Assembly: GCA_002269645.1 (NCBI GenBank)
Contig: NIVC01004577.1
Span: forward strand, 1-41,432
Source: Macrostomum lignano
Taxonomy: Eukaryota
Direction of reading: 5' to 3'
Length of the DNA stretch: 41,432 bases
The position numbers and the translations under genes are program-made. A model generated the notes under the pieces. The model ran no database searches. It saw only the letters and a program-made list of their open reading frames with translations, and had not been told where the DNA came from. Below are positions 26,348 through 37,114 of this stretch, piece by piece. Position 1 is the first letter of the stretch. Every line of letters begins with the position of its first letter.

Positions 26348-27903
26348 CCGCGCCATGCCAGGCCACCAGAATTTCCCCCGCAGCCGGTCGATGGCCTTCC
26401 TCCTGCCAAATTGACCCTGGTGGGCCCAACTGACGGTCTGCTGCTGAAGCGCTGCGGGTACAACGATTTTGTTGCCCCTGAGCAGCACGCCGTCACGCAC
26501 CTGAAGCTCCCCCTTGAGCGAGTGGAAGCTGCCGGCCTGGTCTGTAGCGCCGGAGCGCCAGTTGCCAACGCCTGCATGACGAAGGTCAGAGCCGGGTCCC
26601 CAGCTGTGGCATCGCGGACGCTCTTGATGGTCGGGCCTTCCGGTGCAGACTTGACAGAGTTGAGCTGCTGCAGCAGTACGTTGTCCTGGACTGGTTGCGC
26701 GTTTAGAGAATCGCTCAGACTTGTTGTCTCTCTGGCCGGTGCGCGGTCCTGCGTCCCCAGACTCAGCAGCTGCAGAGATGTCGAGGTTGCACGGCCGAGC
26801 ACGCTGGTGCCGGTCCCTGGGACGATGATGAAGCTGGCGCGCCGGACCATTGAGCCAACCGAAACCTGCAGGCTGCAGGCTCCCACAGTGCGCAGAGGTT
26901 TAGCTGATTGAAATGAAAAAATCTTCTTTGTCGTCGGCTGCAGGCCTGGGGGTCCCGGGAGCTCTCGCCAGGCTGCCTCGGTGAGGATGTTACAGTCGGC
27001 TCCGCTGTCCACCAGCACCTGCACTGGAGTCGCTTCTACCAGCACCGTGGCAAGAGCCGCTGTTGCGTTCGTGTCGGAGGCCATCACGGTCAGGCAGAAG
27101 ACGTCGTCCTCTTCGCCCGAACTGTCGCTGCCGACCCGCAGAGCTCGCACGTCCTCCGGCCGGGACAGACAGGCCTTGGCGAGGTGATTCGGCTTGCCGC
27201 ATCGGTTGCAGGTCTTGCCTACCGCTGCGCTGCAGCTGCGGTGGCCGAAGTTGCCGCAGCGGATGCACTTTGGCTGCGTGCGATCGACTGTCTGAGTGGC
27301 TGATCTCTGCGGCTGCCCTGGCGGGCTGGACTCGCGCTTCCGCAACCGCTGCACGGTCACTGCGCTGGTCTCCATGAGGCTGGCCTGCGCCTCCGCTGCC
27401 TCCATGGCCCTGGCCACCCGGACCGCCTGGCCCAGGTCCACGTTGTCCATGGCCAGCAGCTTCCTGCGGAGCTTCTCGGAGCTGCAGCCGGCGATCAGCT
27501 GGTCGCGGATCAGCGAGTCCCGGAGGCCTTCGAATTTGCAACAGTCCGCGGTGTTGTTGAGCCGCCGCAGCCAGTCGTCCAGGGACTCTCCGGTCTGCTG
27601 GGTGCACAGCCGGAACTGGTAGCGGGTGAAGGGCAGGTTGAGCTGGCTGGTGAAGTGCTCATTGAGAGCCTTGATTAGCTTGTCGACGTCATCATCGGTG
27701 TCGGCGAGTCCGGCTGCAACGGCTTGCAGGTCCTCGCCCGCTATGTATAGGAGTTGGCGAAGTCGCTTCTTGTCAGAGATGTCAGCAGCCGCGGCGAACA
27801 GCTGGAACTGAGCCAGCCACTTGCTCCACTTCGTATGTGCCGCATGGGGCTCCTCGCGCAAGTTCAATGTGGCCGGTATGGGTAGGCTTGCTTGCGACGC
27901 CAT
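26348..27903 (-). CDS. gag-protease-(deleted RT/RH)-integrase N-terminus ORF of the gypsy element; frameshift near 26540
   Basis: Open from MASQASLPIPATLNL through WSKWLAQFQLFAAAAD (gag) and the DSG protease. The integrase zinc-binding region is in a shifted frame. Confidence 0.75.
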
Positions 27904-28093
27904 TGTAGTGCGCTTGTGTGCTGAGAAAATCATGGTCTCATGGACCGTATATTTGAGCTACTATATAGTATCACTGCCGACGTGCGGCTACAATGTTACG
28001 CAATAGTTGAGGGACAAGTCAGTGCACGTTGGTCGAGAGGGCTATAGTTAGTCATCACAGAAGAGTAAAGGCATAGACTGGGCGTACACTACA
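26348..28093 (-). mobile_element. Truncated Ty3/gypsy (Mag/K02A2.6-like) LTR retrotransposon: 5' LTR, PBS, gag, protease, integrase N-terminus; RT/RNaseH absent
   Basis: 190-bp LTR 27904-28093 (TGTAGTG...CACTACA), followed directly by PBS-like TGGCGTCGCAAGC overlapping the gag ATG. Two Zn knuckles (CIRCGNFGHRSC; CNRCGKPNHLAKAC), protease LVDSGADCNIL, integrase-adjacent ELQVRDGVLLRGNKIVVP..WAHQGQFG..FWWPGM. Confidence 0.9.
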
Positions 28094-28183
28094 GATCCAT
28101 AAGTAGATCTGTTGCTAATTGATAGATGCGTGATTAGATCCATGAGTAGATCTGTTGCTAATTGATAGAAGCGTGATTAGATT
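28094..28183. repeat. Remnant of the 43-bp satellite to the right of the LTR
   Basis: gatccataagtagatctgttgctaattgatagatgcgtgattagatcc... Confidence 0.9.
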
Positions 28184-28710
28184 CTAGATGGATTTACCAT
28201 CGATGATAAATATGACGCTTAACTTTACACCAACAGGGTAGGTAAATATGTGGGTAAGTACATGTAACTGTGTTAAAAAACTACTTGAATTAAAAGCATT
28301 GTCGTGAAAAAATTGCTTGTCATTGTCTAAAAGTTGTACTAAACAGAATGCTAGATAGTGGATGCTTAAAAACTTTTTTACTTGAAGTAAATCATTGTTC
28401 AATACAATTTAGAAATAAATACATACACAATAGAGCTTAAGGGGCATTGACTAAGCAGAAAAGACTACAAGCTACAAGTACACAATAACTATGGGAGCAA
28501 TTCTTAGACTTGGCCAAAATAGTTTTTTCAATCAGAAAATGCTGTACCTAGTAAAGACAAAGCCAGTAACAGTTCAAGTCAATAGTGGATACAGTAACTG
28601 TTTAGACAATTTTAAAAATGCTTAACAAAAACAAACAAAAAATTTACGCCATTCAAACATGGGTTTTCCCATGGGTCAGGCCTCACACAGAGGCCGTGTT
28701 GGGACCGGGA

Positions 28711-29225
28711 CTTACAGAGGTCATGTGGGGTCAGGATTCTCAGACACAGGTCATGTGGGGTCAGGATTCTTAGACACAGGTCATGTGGGGTCAGGATTCT
28801 CAGACACAGGTCATGTGGGGTCAGGATTCTCAGACACAGGTCATGTGGGGTCAGGATTCTCAGACACAGGTCATGTGGGGTCAGGATTCTCAGACACAGG
28901 TCATGTGGGGTCAGGATTCTCAGACACAGGTCATGTGGGGTCAGGATTCTTAGACACAGGTCATGTGGGGTCAGGATTCTCAGACACAGGTCATGTGGGG
29001 TCAGGATTCTCAGACACAGGTCATGTGGGGTCAGGATTCTCAGACACAGGTCATGTGGGGTCAGGATTCTCAGACACAGGTCATGTGGGGTCAGGATTCT
29101 TAGACACAGGTCATGTGGGGTCAGGATTCTCAGACACAGGTCATGTGGGGTCAGGATTCTCAGACACAGGTCATGTGGGGTCAGGATTCTCAGACACAGG
29201 TCATGCGGGGTCAGGATTCTTAGAC
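28711..29225. repeat. 30-bp minisatellite (ACAGGTCATGTGGGGTCAGGATTCTCAGAC)n in the presumed 3' UTR of the RRM-Tudor gene
   Basis: About 17 near-identical copies starting 25 nt past the stop codon at 29251. Confidence 0.95.
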
Positions 29226-29250
29226 GGCACCCCACAGCAAACATTCTCCA

Positions 29251-29776
29251 TCATACTACAAGCGGCTTAGCCAGTCTCCGGGACACTAGCAAATCGGAGC
29301 ACATCACCCCGTCCAGGTGAGGCCGCTGTCCAGACTTCAAACGAAAATTGACTCGCCTGATCCCGTCAGGATCCGCCGCAGTGGAAGCCGAAGCGGCCGG
29401 CGCCACAAACACCTCCAGTGGAGTGTCAATAAATGCGTCTTTCAAACAGCCGATCGCCGCCTCGGACCAGAGCTCGGCGCTGTCCATAACCTGAGCCAGA
29501 CGGACTGGCACGACGAGAGGCGGCAGCGAGGCGAAGTCGATGCCGTCATTAGCAGCAGCAGCAGCAGCAGCGGTCGACATGTCGAACGGGACAAACCGGT
29601 TAGTGCAGTCTAGGGCCAAGGTGTCGCCGCGATCCGGCAGGTAAACAATGGCGCCTTCCAGACAGACGCCGCGCAACAGGCGGCCGGTTTTAGAAGACTG
29701 CAACAGCAGGGGGTGCCGGCCTGCGGCAGTTGAGTCAAACGGCTCGACTGCGGCAGCTTGACACGGGATAGCCGGT
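29251..29776 (-). CDS. RRM-Tudor protein exon 5 (last; extended Tudor-like domain)
   Basis: Acceptor ttccag|A (phase 2). LPAIPCQA..VYLPDRGD..FASLPPLVVPVRLAQV..WSEAAIGCLKDAF..DLLVSRRLAK is an extended-Tudor pattern. TGA at 29251-3. Confidence 0.8.
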
Positions 29777-30103
29777 CTGGAATTATTTAAAGTAATAAAC
29801 AAATTATAGCGAGACCGATTGACTACTGATAGGTAGGAAGGGAAGATTATTTACCATAGTGTAAATAAAAAATTAAGTAATGAGCGCTTTTAATATTTAA
29901 TAAATCGACCTAATGGGCCCCATTTTATGGGGCTGTCGCATCCATGTCTCCAGTGCCACAACTACACTATCACCTGCTACTGTAACTGCAACTACTTCTC
30001 TTATTTCTACTCGTACTAGTAGTTAATAAGTACTGCTACCACTACTACTACTACTACTACCACTAATACTACTTACTAAATAAAGCACACCGAAAGACCT
30101 CAC

Positions 30104-30855
30104 AAACCTTCCAGCTGTTGCACTTTAGACTGCCCAGCGGGCCCAATTTCGGTCACGTGTAACAGCCGCCTATTAGTTGTTATCCCGCACAGCTGACCAT
30201 CAAAAGCGCCCGGCAGGCTGGCTAAGAGCTTTGATTGGCCAGTTATTCGCAGCAACTCTGCAGTAGTCAGCGAATTTGAAGCTTTCAACGCCATAGAAGC
30301 TCGACTCGGTGCCTGATTCGGTGCTCGAGTCGGTTGCTGTTTCGGTGCCTGGGTCGGCGCTCGAGTCGGTGTCTGATTCGGTGCCTGAGTCGGTGCCCGA
30401 TTCGGTGCCCGATTCGGTGTCTGACTCGGTGCTCGAGTCGGTGCCTGATTCGGTGCCTGAGTCGGTTGCTGATTCGGTGCCTGAGTCGGTGCCTGAGTCT
30501 GTGAGTGAGTCGGTGCCTGAGTCGGTTGCTGATTCGGTGCCTGAGTCTGTGAGTGAGTCGGTGCCTGAGTCTGTGAGTGAGTCGGTGCCTGAGTCGGTGC
30601 CTGAGTCGGCGCCTGAGTCGGCGCCTTTGATGCCTGAATCGACGGCGTGGGCTGCAGAGATTTGCCAGTGACAGATGGGGATTCCTGATCGGCCTCGAGC
30701 ACGTCCACAGGGATAAGCATGAATCCGTCGCAGGCGCGACTTTTGCCGCAGCGACGAATAGTTAATAAGCCATTGTGCAGTTCGGCAAGCCGGAGCAGCT
30801 GGGCTGTGGCATCGGCCAAGCCAGGATCGTCATCCTTCAGGCCACGGAATGACAC
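30104..30855 (-). CDS. RRM-Tudor protein exon 4 (end of Tudor 1, Q-A-P repeat linker)
   Basis: Acceptor ccccatgacag|GTG (phase 0); donor TT|GTGAGG (phase 2), which matches exon 5. Contains TQAP/NQAP/SQTP repeats. Confidence 0.8.
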
Positions 30856-30929
30856 CTGTCATGGGGGGGGGGAGGGCGAACCGGTGAGATTAAGAGATTT
30901 ACGAGCTATTACACACATCCTCAAAACCC

Positions 30930-31230
30930 ATTATCAATCCCAGATCCTCCAATGATGCCTTAATCAATCCCAGATCCCAAAATCCCCTAATCAATCCCAG
31001 ATCCCAAAATCCCCTAATCAATCCCAGATCCCAAAATCCCCTAATCAATCCCAGATCCCAAAATCCCCTAATCAATCCCAGATCCTCAAATTCTTCAACC
31101 AATCACAGATCCTCTAATCCCCTAGTCAATCCCAAATCCTCAAATCCCCTAATCAATCCCAGATCCCAAAATCCTCTAATCAATCCTAGATCTCCAAATC
31201 CCAGATCCTCAAATACCCTAATCAACCACA
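30930..31230. repeat. 27-bp intronic minisatellite (TAATCAATCCCAGATCCCAAAATCCCC)n
   Basis: About 5 good copies plus degenerate flanks. Confidence 0.85.
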
Positions 31231-31348
31231 AATCTTTAAATCTCCTTCCAATTTCATATTCTCAAAAAATCCCAACCCTTAAAAAATCGTTATATTAATT
31301 TCATTCCCACAAGCAGCCTCAGTTACCATAGCAACTATAAATTCTCAC

Positions 31349-31742
31349 TTGCAAGGCCCGGCACGGTGGCACGGCCAGACTAGCTGGCAGCGACCTCAAT
31401 TCCGCTGCCTCTACCCGCCTTTCGACGCCAATGTCGACTAGAAATGCCCGAAACAGATTGACGCTGAGCGACTCAATGAGTTGAACTCGGCAAGCCAAAC
31501 CATCGATGCATGCTATCAGGCCGCCGCTAGTACCAACGTTGTCCCTGGCAACCGATGCAGATATTTTCGATGCCGGATTAGACGCCCACGAGTCCAGTTC
31601 GGTCTGAAAATCCGGCTCGCCCGGGTTACTAGGCGGGAGTGCGCTAACCCAGAATTTGGCTGCACTGCGAAACTGCTTAGCGTCCAAATAAATACTTAGC
31701 ATGGCCGTTTGGTCCAGCCTCAGCCAGTCTAACCGCCTGCGC
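31349..31742 (-). CDS. RRM-Tudor protein exon 3 (Tudor domain 1)
   Basis: Acceptor aatttcag|G (phase 2), donor CAA|GTGAGA (phase 0). AAKFWV..GGLIACIDG..CRVQLIE..RAFLVDIGVERRVEAAELRSLPASLAVPPCRAL is a Tudor pattern. Confidence 0.82.
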
Positions 31743-31802
31743 CTGAAATTTTTAGCATTGCGGTTACAGGCAGTGACGTAAGGCCTCCACCCCTTATGGC
31801 CT

Positions 31803-32634
31803 ACACCCGCTGCTATGATCTTCGCTCCCTCCTCACACCCGCTGCTTCTATGACCTTCGCTCCCTTCTCACACCTGCTCCTTCTATGACCTTCGCTCCCT
31901 CTATGACCTTCGCTCCCTCCTCACACCCGCTGCTTCTTTGACCTTCGCTCCCTCCTCACACCCGCTGCTTCTTTGACCTTCGCTCCCTCCTCACACCCGC
32001 AGCTTCTTTGACCTTCGCTCCCTTCTCACACCCGCTCCTTCTATGACCTTCGCTCACTTCTCACACCCGCTGCTTCTATGACCTTCGCTGACTTCTCACA
32101 CCCACTCCTTCTATGACCTTCGCTCACTTCTCACACCCGCTCCTTCTATAACCTTCGCTCACTTCTCACACCCGCTCCTTCTATGATCTTCGCTCACTTC
32201 TCACACCCGCTCCTTCTATGACCTTCGCTGACTTCTCACACCCGCTCCTTCTATGACCTTCGCTGACTTCTCACACCCGCTCCTTCTATGACCTTCGCTC
32301 ACTTCTCACACCCGCTCCTTCTATGATCTTCGCTCCCTCCTCACACCCGCTGCTTCTTTGACCTTCGCTCCCTTCTCACACCCGCTCCTTCTATGACCTT
32401 CGCTCACTTCTCACACCCGCTGCTTCTATGACCTTCGCTCACTTCTCACACCCGCTGCTTCTATGACCTTCGCTCACTTCTCACACCCGCTCCTTCTATG
32501 ACCTTCGCTGACTTCTCACACCCGCTCCTTCTATGACCTTCGCTCCCTTCTCACACCCGCTCCTTCTATGACCTTCGCTGACTTCTCACACCCGCTCCTT
32601 CTATGACCTTCGCTCCCTTCTCACACCCGCTCCT
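31803..32634. repeat. 35-bp intronic minisatellite (CTTCTATGACCTTCGCTCACTTCTCACACCCGCTC)n
   Basis: About 23 copies filling the intron between exons 2 and 3. Confidence 0.95.
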
Positions 32635-32655
32635 ATACTCCCGCTGCCAGCTTAC

Positions 32656-33068
32656 ACAGCAGCGGGCGGCGAACTGCAGGGAACATTGTTATGCAACGGT
32701 TGTGGCGGCGGTGGCACAGCGGCGGCGGCACCAGCGGTAGGTGCCGGCAGAGACGACAACAGTGGCAAAATTGGCAAACTGTCGTTGGAAGCAATCGACG
32801 ATCTAGCTGGTTGGCTAAGACTATCATTCGAACTACGGTTTGCCGTGTTATTATTGCGCTGATTATAACTATTTCGATTAGTCTTGTGCCGTACAGTTAG
32901 TTTAACATTGGGCTCGACAGCATAGCCATTGAACTGATTGACAGCCTGCTCTGCTCCAGACCAATCGCGCATGTTCACAAAGCCTTGCAGAGTGCCATTG
33001 TCGAAGTGCTGTTTAATGAAAACTGATTCCACAGGTCCGCAGGTCTCAAACATGCTCCATATTCTCCC
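32656..33068 (-). CDS. RRM-Tudor protein exon 2 (RRM body with RNP1, N/S/P-rich linker)
   Basis: Acceptor ctatag|GGG (phase 0). IWSMFETCGPVESVFIK..LQGFVNMRDWSGAEQAVNQFNGYAVEPNVKLTVR. Donor GT|GTAAGC (phase 2). Confidence 0.85.
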
Positions 33069-33148
33069 CTATAGAGGTTGCATTTTTAATGGTTAGAGCA
33101 ATATTGAAGCATAACAGTTAAAGTGAAGAAGTTCTAGTTAGTAATTAC

Positions 33149-33199
33149 CTCTGCATAGTAGCTGGGCATCCCCGCTAAGTAGAGTGAGTAAAAACTCAT
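33149..33199 (-). CDS. RRM-Tudor protein exon 1 (start codon, RNP2)
   Basis: MSFYSLYLAGMPSYYAE, where LYLAGM fits RNP2. Donor GAG|GTAATT (phase 0). The five exons sum to 2136 nt (711 aa plus stop) with all phases compatible. Confidence 0.8.
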
Positions 33200-33304
33200 T
33201 CTTAGCTGAAAATTCATTAACGATACTTTCCATTAATATGCTTTTTAGCTTTAAGACAATTTCTGCTAAAAGCTTACCTTGTTAGTTTTTTTCTAGGGAA
33301 TACC

Positions 33305-33720
33305 AAAGTCATAAAAACTCAAAACAGGGAATTTCAAAATCATGAAGACTCAGAATAGGGAATTTCAAAGTCATGAAGACTCAGAATAGGGAATTTTGAA
33401 ATCATGAAGACTCAGAATATGGAATTTCAAAATCATGAAGACTCAGAATAGGGAATTTCGAAATCATCAAGACTCACTCAGAAAAGGGAATTTCAAAGTC
33501 ATGAAGACTTAGAATAAGGAATTTTGAAATCATCAAGACTCAGAATAGGGAATTTCAAAATCATGAAGACTCAGAATAGGGAATTTTGAAATCATGAAGA
33601 CTGAGAATAGAGAATAGGCCTTCCAAAGTTGTAATACTCAGAATAGGGAATACTAAGGTTGTAAAGAATCAGAAAAGGGAATACCAAAGTTGTGAAAACT
33701 TAGAATAAGGAATAACAAAT
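33305..33720. repeat. ~31-bp minisatellite (TCATGAAGACTCAGAATAGGGAATTTCAAAA)n, degenerate
   Basis: About 12 copies upstream of the RRM-Tudor start. Confidence 0.85.
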
Positions 33721-34280
33721 TTGTATAAACTTAGGTAGGGAGATTAAATCCATGGAGGCAGAGATTTGGCACTAGGAATTAGGCATTAGCTGAGAGGCAT
33801 TAAGATAAAGAAACTAGGCCCCTATGAATGTGTCAATAGATTAAGAGTCTATTACTAAACATCTTTGGTCCTAGGAAATGCTATAACTTTCTAGACTTAA
33901 TTAAATATAGAATTTTGCCACTTACATATTGATTTAAACAAGAAAGATTTTAAGAAAAGGAATAGATCTAGAGACTAAATAATTAATAGAACCAAAAGAG
34001 CTAGAACAATATAGTATTATCACTTATTATTAGGGATAGACAAACTATATACATTTGTAATACAAATAAAAAATTAAAAATATACTTTATTCAGCTTTAA
34101 AAAGTTAATACTCAAAATTTATAATAAAAACCAATAAATTATAAATATTTGCTAAAGCTTTTTGCCAAAATGACTTTCCACTAAAATATATTTTGCCAAA
34201 ATGACTTTTCATTAAAATGGCTTAAACCTATGTATTGTGCCCTTTTTATTCTCTTATATGCAATGGCTTTCTTCATACGT

Positions 34281-34435
34281 GCGCAACCTTGGGATTTACT
34301 TGGCTGTTTCTATTGGCAACACACACATGTAAGTCACTATTGGCTGAGAGCAGTCACATGACTACTATTCTGTCCAATAGCGACTTACATGTGTGTGTTG
34401 CCAATAGAAATGGCCGAGTGATTCCAAGGTTGTGC
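34281..34435. repeat. Hairpin/inverted repeat with ~63-bp arms and ~30-bp loop
   Basis: gcgcaaccttgg...ctattggcaacacacacatgtaagtcactattgg pairs with ccaatagcgacttacatgtgtgtgttgccaatag...ccaaggttgtgc. Confidence 0.85.
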
Positions 34436-35354
34436 CCAAGCATGGCTTATTTACTTTAATGCCTACATTCTAGAAAATATTATTCTTTCGAGAACTTTTT
34501 AATATGCATTTCGCTTGGTAAACATCAAATGTTCTATGTCTATAAGAATAAAAAACCAACTATCAACATTTTTAAGTTGATGCATTTTGCACTCCGTGGT
34601 GTATCTTCAGGTTTATTTTATTAGAACAAACAAAAAGCTGAGGCTAACAATAATAAATATTTGTGTGAGGCAAAAAAAAGATTTTTTTAAATGCATTGCA
34701 TCAAAGAAGGCCTACAAAATTTGTCAACTTACAAATATAACAAATGTTGATAGTTGGCTTTTTATTCTTATTATTTACAAAGCGAGCAACTTTATCTGAT
34801 TTCTATGTCTATGCATTAAGTTCTGATATGTTTTTTATACAAAATCTTTAAAATATTGATCCACAAAATAATACTCTACTCTACCTACTTAAGGTTTTAT
34901 CATATATCCATGCCTTGATTTGAGCAATAGCTCCTATAGGCCTAAACCTATCTTAGGGCCTACTCTACCCAGCTTATTAGCTTTTATCAATATGTTTCTT
35001 TGTAGGCCTATTTATTGAAATATTGATACAATGTTTCAAGGCTATTCTCAAGAATAACTAAATATATAGGATCATAGCCCTAATTCTAAAAATTATGCAA
35101 AATGCAGATACCTGTTAAGCATCAAGCAAACATATCCCAAGGGGTCAGTCTCTAATAATACATAGGCCAGTCAACCTTACAAAAAAACCTGCCATGTATG
35201 CTACAGGGTCATTTTGAAAATGCGCTGGATAGCTATTCAATATTTAGCTAGTAACTTTTTCCAATATGGAATAAGGGAGGCTATTGCTTCGCTTGTGTTC
35301 CTTCTTAACTGGGTTCTTATATTGTGTTCCTCTCTAGACTAGGCCTAGGCCTAG

Positions 35355-35550
35355 GGGGTGCAGGTGCAAGTTGTTTCGTCTGCTGATAGTTCGTCTGATG
35401 AGCAGACGAAAAGTTTTCTCTTTTTAAAACTGTTCGTCTGCCGGGAAATGGGGGTGGGGCCGGGCGATGTGGAGTGGGGTGGGGAGCTGCCCAACCCACA
35501 ACCTCTTTATTAACTTTGTTAAATTTCTGTAGGGACGGATTGGTCTTTTC
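35355..35550 (+). repeat. Left copy of a diverged ~200-bp inverted-repeat pair (right copy 38712-38931), possible MULE TIR
   Basis: Shared ttcgtctg motifs, aaaactgttcgtctgc[c/t]gggaaatgggg and ggggagctgcc, in opposite orientation. Confidence 0.65.
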
Positions 35551-36169
35551 AAAATGAATCTTCAAAATATGTCATCCGTGCATAGAACGAAATGCAAGTT
35601 CATCGTTCATCAAATGCAAGGATTTGCATTTTCAATCGTTACACACAATTAGCCAACCATTGGAGTAATTTTTCAATTTTGGCCTACAGCTGATACGATT
35701 GAAAGTCATAAATACCTGGGCTAAATAACTGACTGGCTTGTATTGTGATAAAAATCTATTTAAAACAGCTCACCTCAAAAGTCACATATCGTTATCTTTT
35801 TCTGTAATCTTTTTCAGTTCCAACTTTTAGCCTATTGCTAGGGTTTGTATAGCGATAACTACGTACGTAGCACGTAAATAACTCACTATAATGACTTAGC
35901 TTGTAAATTAGATTCAATATATTCAGCAACATTGAAAATTCGTATCACAGAAGATTCCGAGAGTGCAGGTAAAGTCTCTCAATCTTTGCGAGTGACGCAA
36001 CTTAGCTATGCCGCGGCAGACTTGAGTTGAAGAATGATCGAAGTGGGGGGAGCTGTGTGCGAGCTAGGGTTCGACGGATTAAACTATCCCACGCTCTCAC
36101 ACTCTCTCACTCGCTCAAACTCTCAAAATCTCATTCATTCACTCTCTCATTTATTCACACTCTCACTTA

Positions 36170-36294
36170 TTCTCTCCCTCTCTCACTCACTCACTCACAC
36201 TAACTCACTCACTCACTCACTCACTCACTCACTCACTCACTCACTCACTCACTCACTCACTCACTCACTCACTCACTCACACACACACACACAC

Positions 36295-36334
<40 letters not shown>

Positions 36335-37112
36335 ATGAGTGAGTGAGAAGATGAGCTAGAGAGAGAAGAGAGGAGAGAAGAAAGGGGAGAGAGGAGTGGA
36401 GGGAAGATTAGAGGAGAGAGGTGAGGAGATGAAAGGAGAGAGAGGAGATGAGAAGAGGGGAGAGGAGAGATGAGAGGAGAGTGAGCTGAGAGTGGAGATC
36501 GGAGAGAGGCTGACAGTGGAGAGAGACTGAGAGTGAGCTGAGAGTGGAGATTGATGGAGAGGCTGAGAGTGGCCGAGAGAGGCTGAGAGTGAGCTGAGAG
36601 TGGAGATTGGAGAGAGGCTGAGAGTGAGATTGGAGAGAGGCTGAGAGTGGAGATTGGAGAGAGGCTGAGAGTGGAGATTGGAGAGAGGCTGAGAGTGGAG
36701 AGAGGCTGAGAGTGGAGAGAGGCTGAGAGTGGAGAGAGGCTGAGAGTGGAGATTGGAGAGAGGCTGAGATTGGAGAGAGGCTGAGAGTGGAGAGAGGCTG
36801 AGAGTGGAGATTGGAGAGAGGGTGAGAGTGAGAGAGGCTGAGAGTGGAGAGAGGCTGAGAGTGGAGATTGGAGAGAGGCTGAGAGTGAGCTGAGAGTAGA
36901 GATTGGAGAGAAAGTGAATTGAGTGCTGGGTGAAAGTGAATTAAGTGGGTGAGTGGCTGGGTGAAAGTGAATTAAGTGTGTGAGTGGCTGGCGTGAAAGT
37001 GAATTGAGTGGGTGAGTGGCTCTGAATTGAAGTGGGTGAGTGGCTGGGTGAAAGTGAATTAAGTGGGTGAGTGGCTGGGTGAAAGTGAATTAAGTGGGTG
37101 AGTGGCTGGGTG
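36170..37112. repeat. Compound microsatellite/minisatellite: (TCAC)n, (CA)n, (TC)n, GA-rich units, ~31-bp GTGAATTAAGTGGGTGAGTGGCTGGGTGAAA
   Basis: Read directly. Confidence 0.9.
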
Positions 37113-37114
37113 AA

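Noticed and set aside
21820-29225. CRISPR-like arrays (29-, 43- and 30-bp repeats)
   Set aside because: Head-to-tail repeats with no unique spacers, no cas genes, and eukaryotic context.
28612-29270. LRILTPHDLC and DTGHVGSGFS repeat ORFs as a second neuropeptide or structural protein
   Set aside because: No dibasic or amidation sites, no signal peptide; lies past the Tudor gene stop; units are near-identical without synonymous bias.
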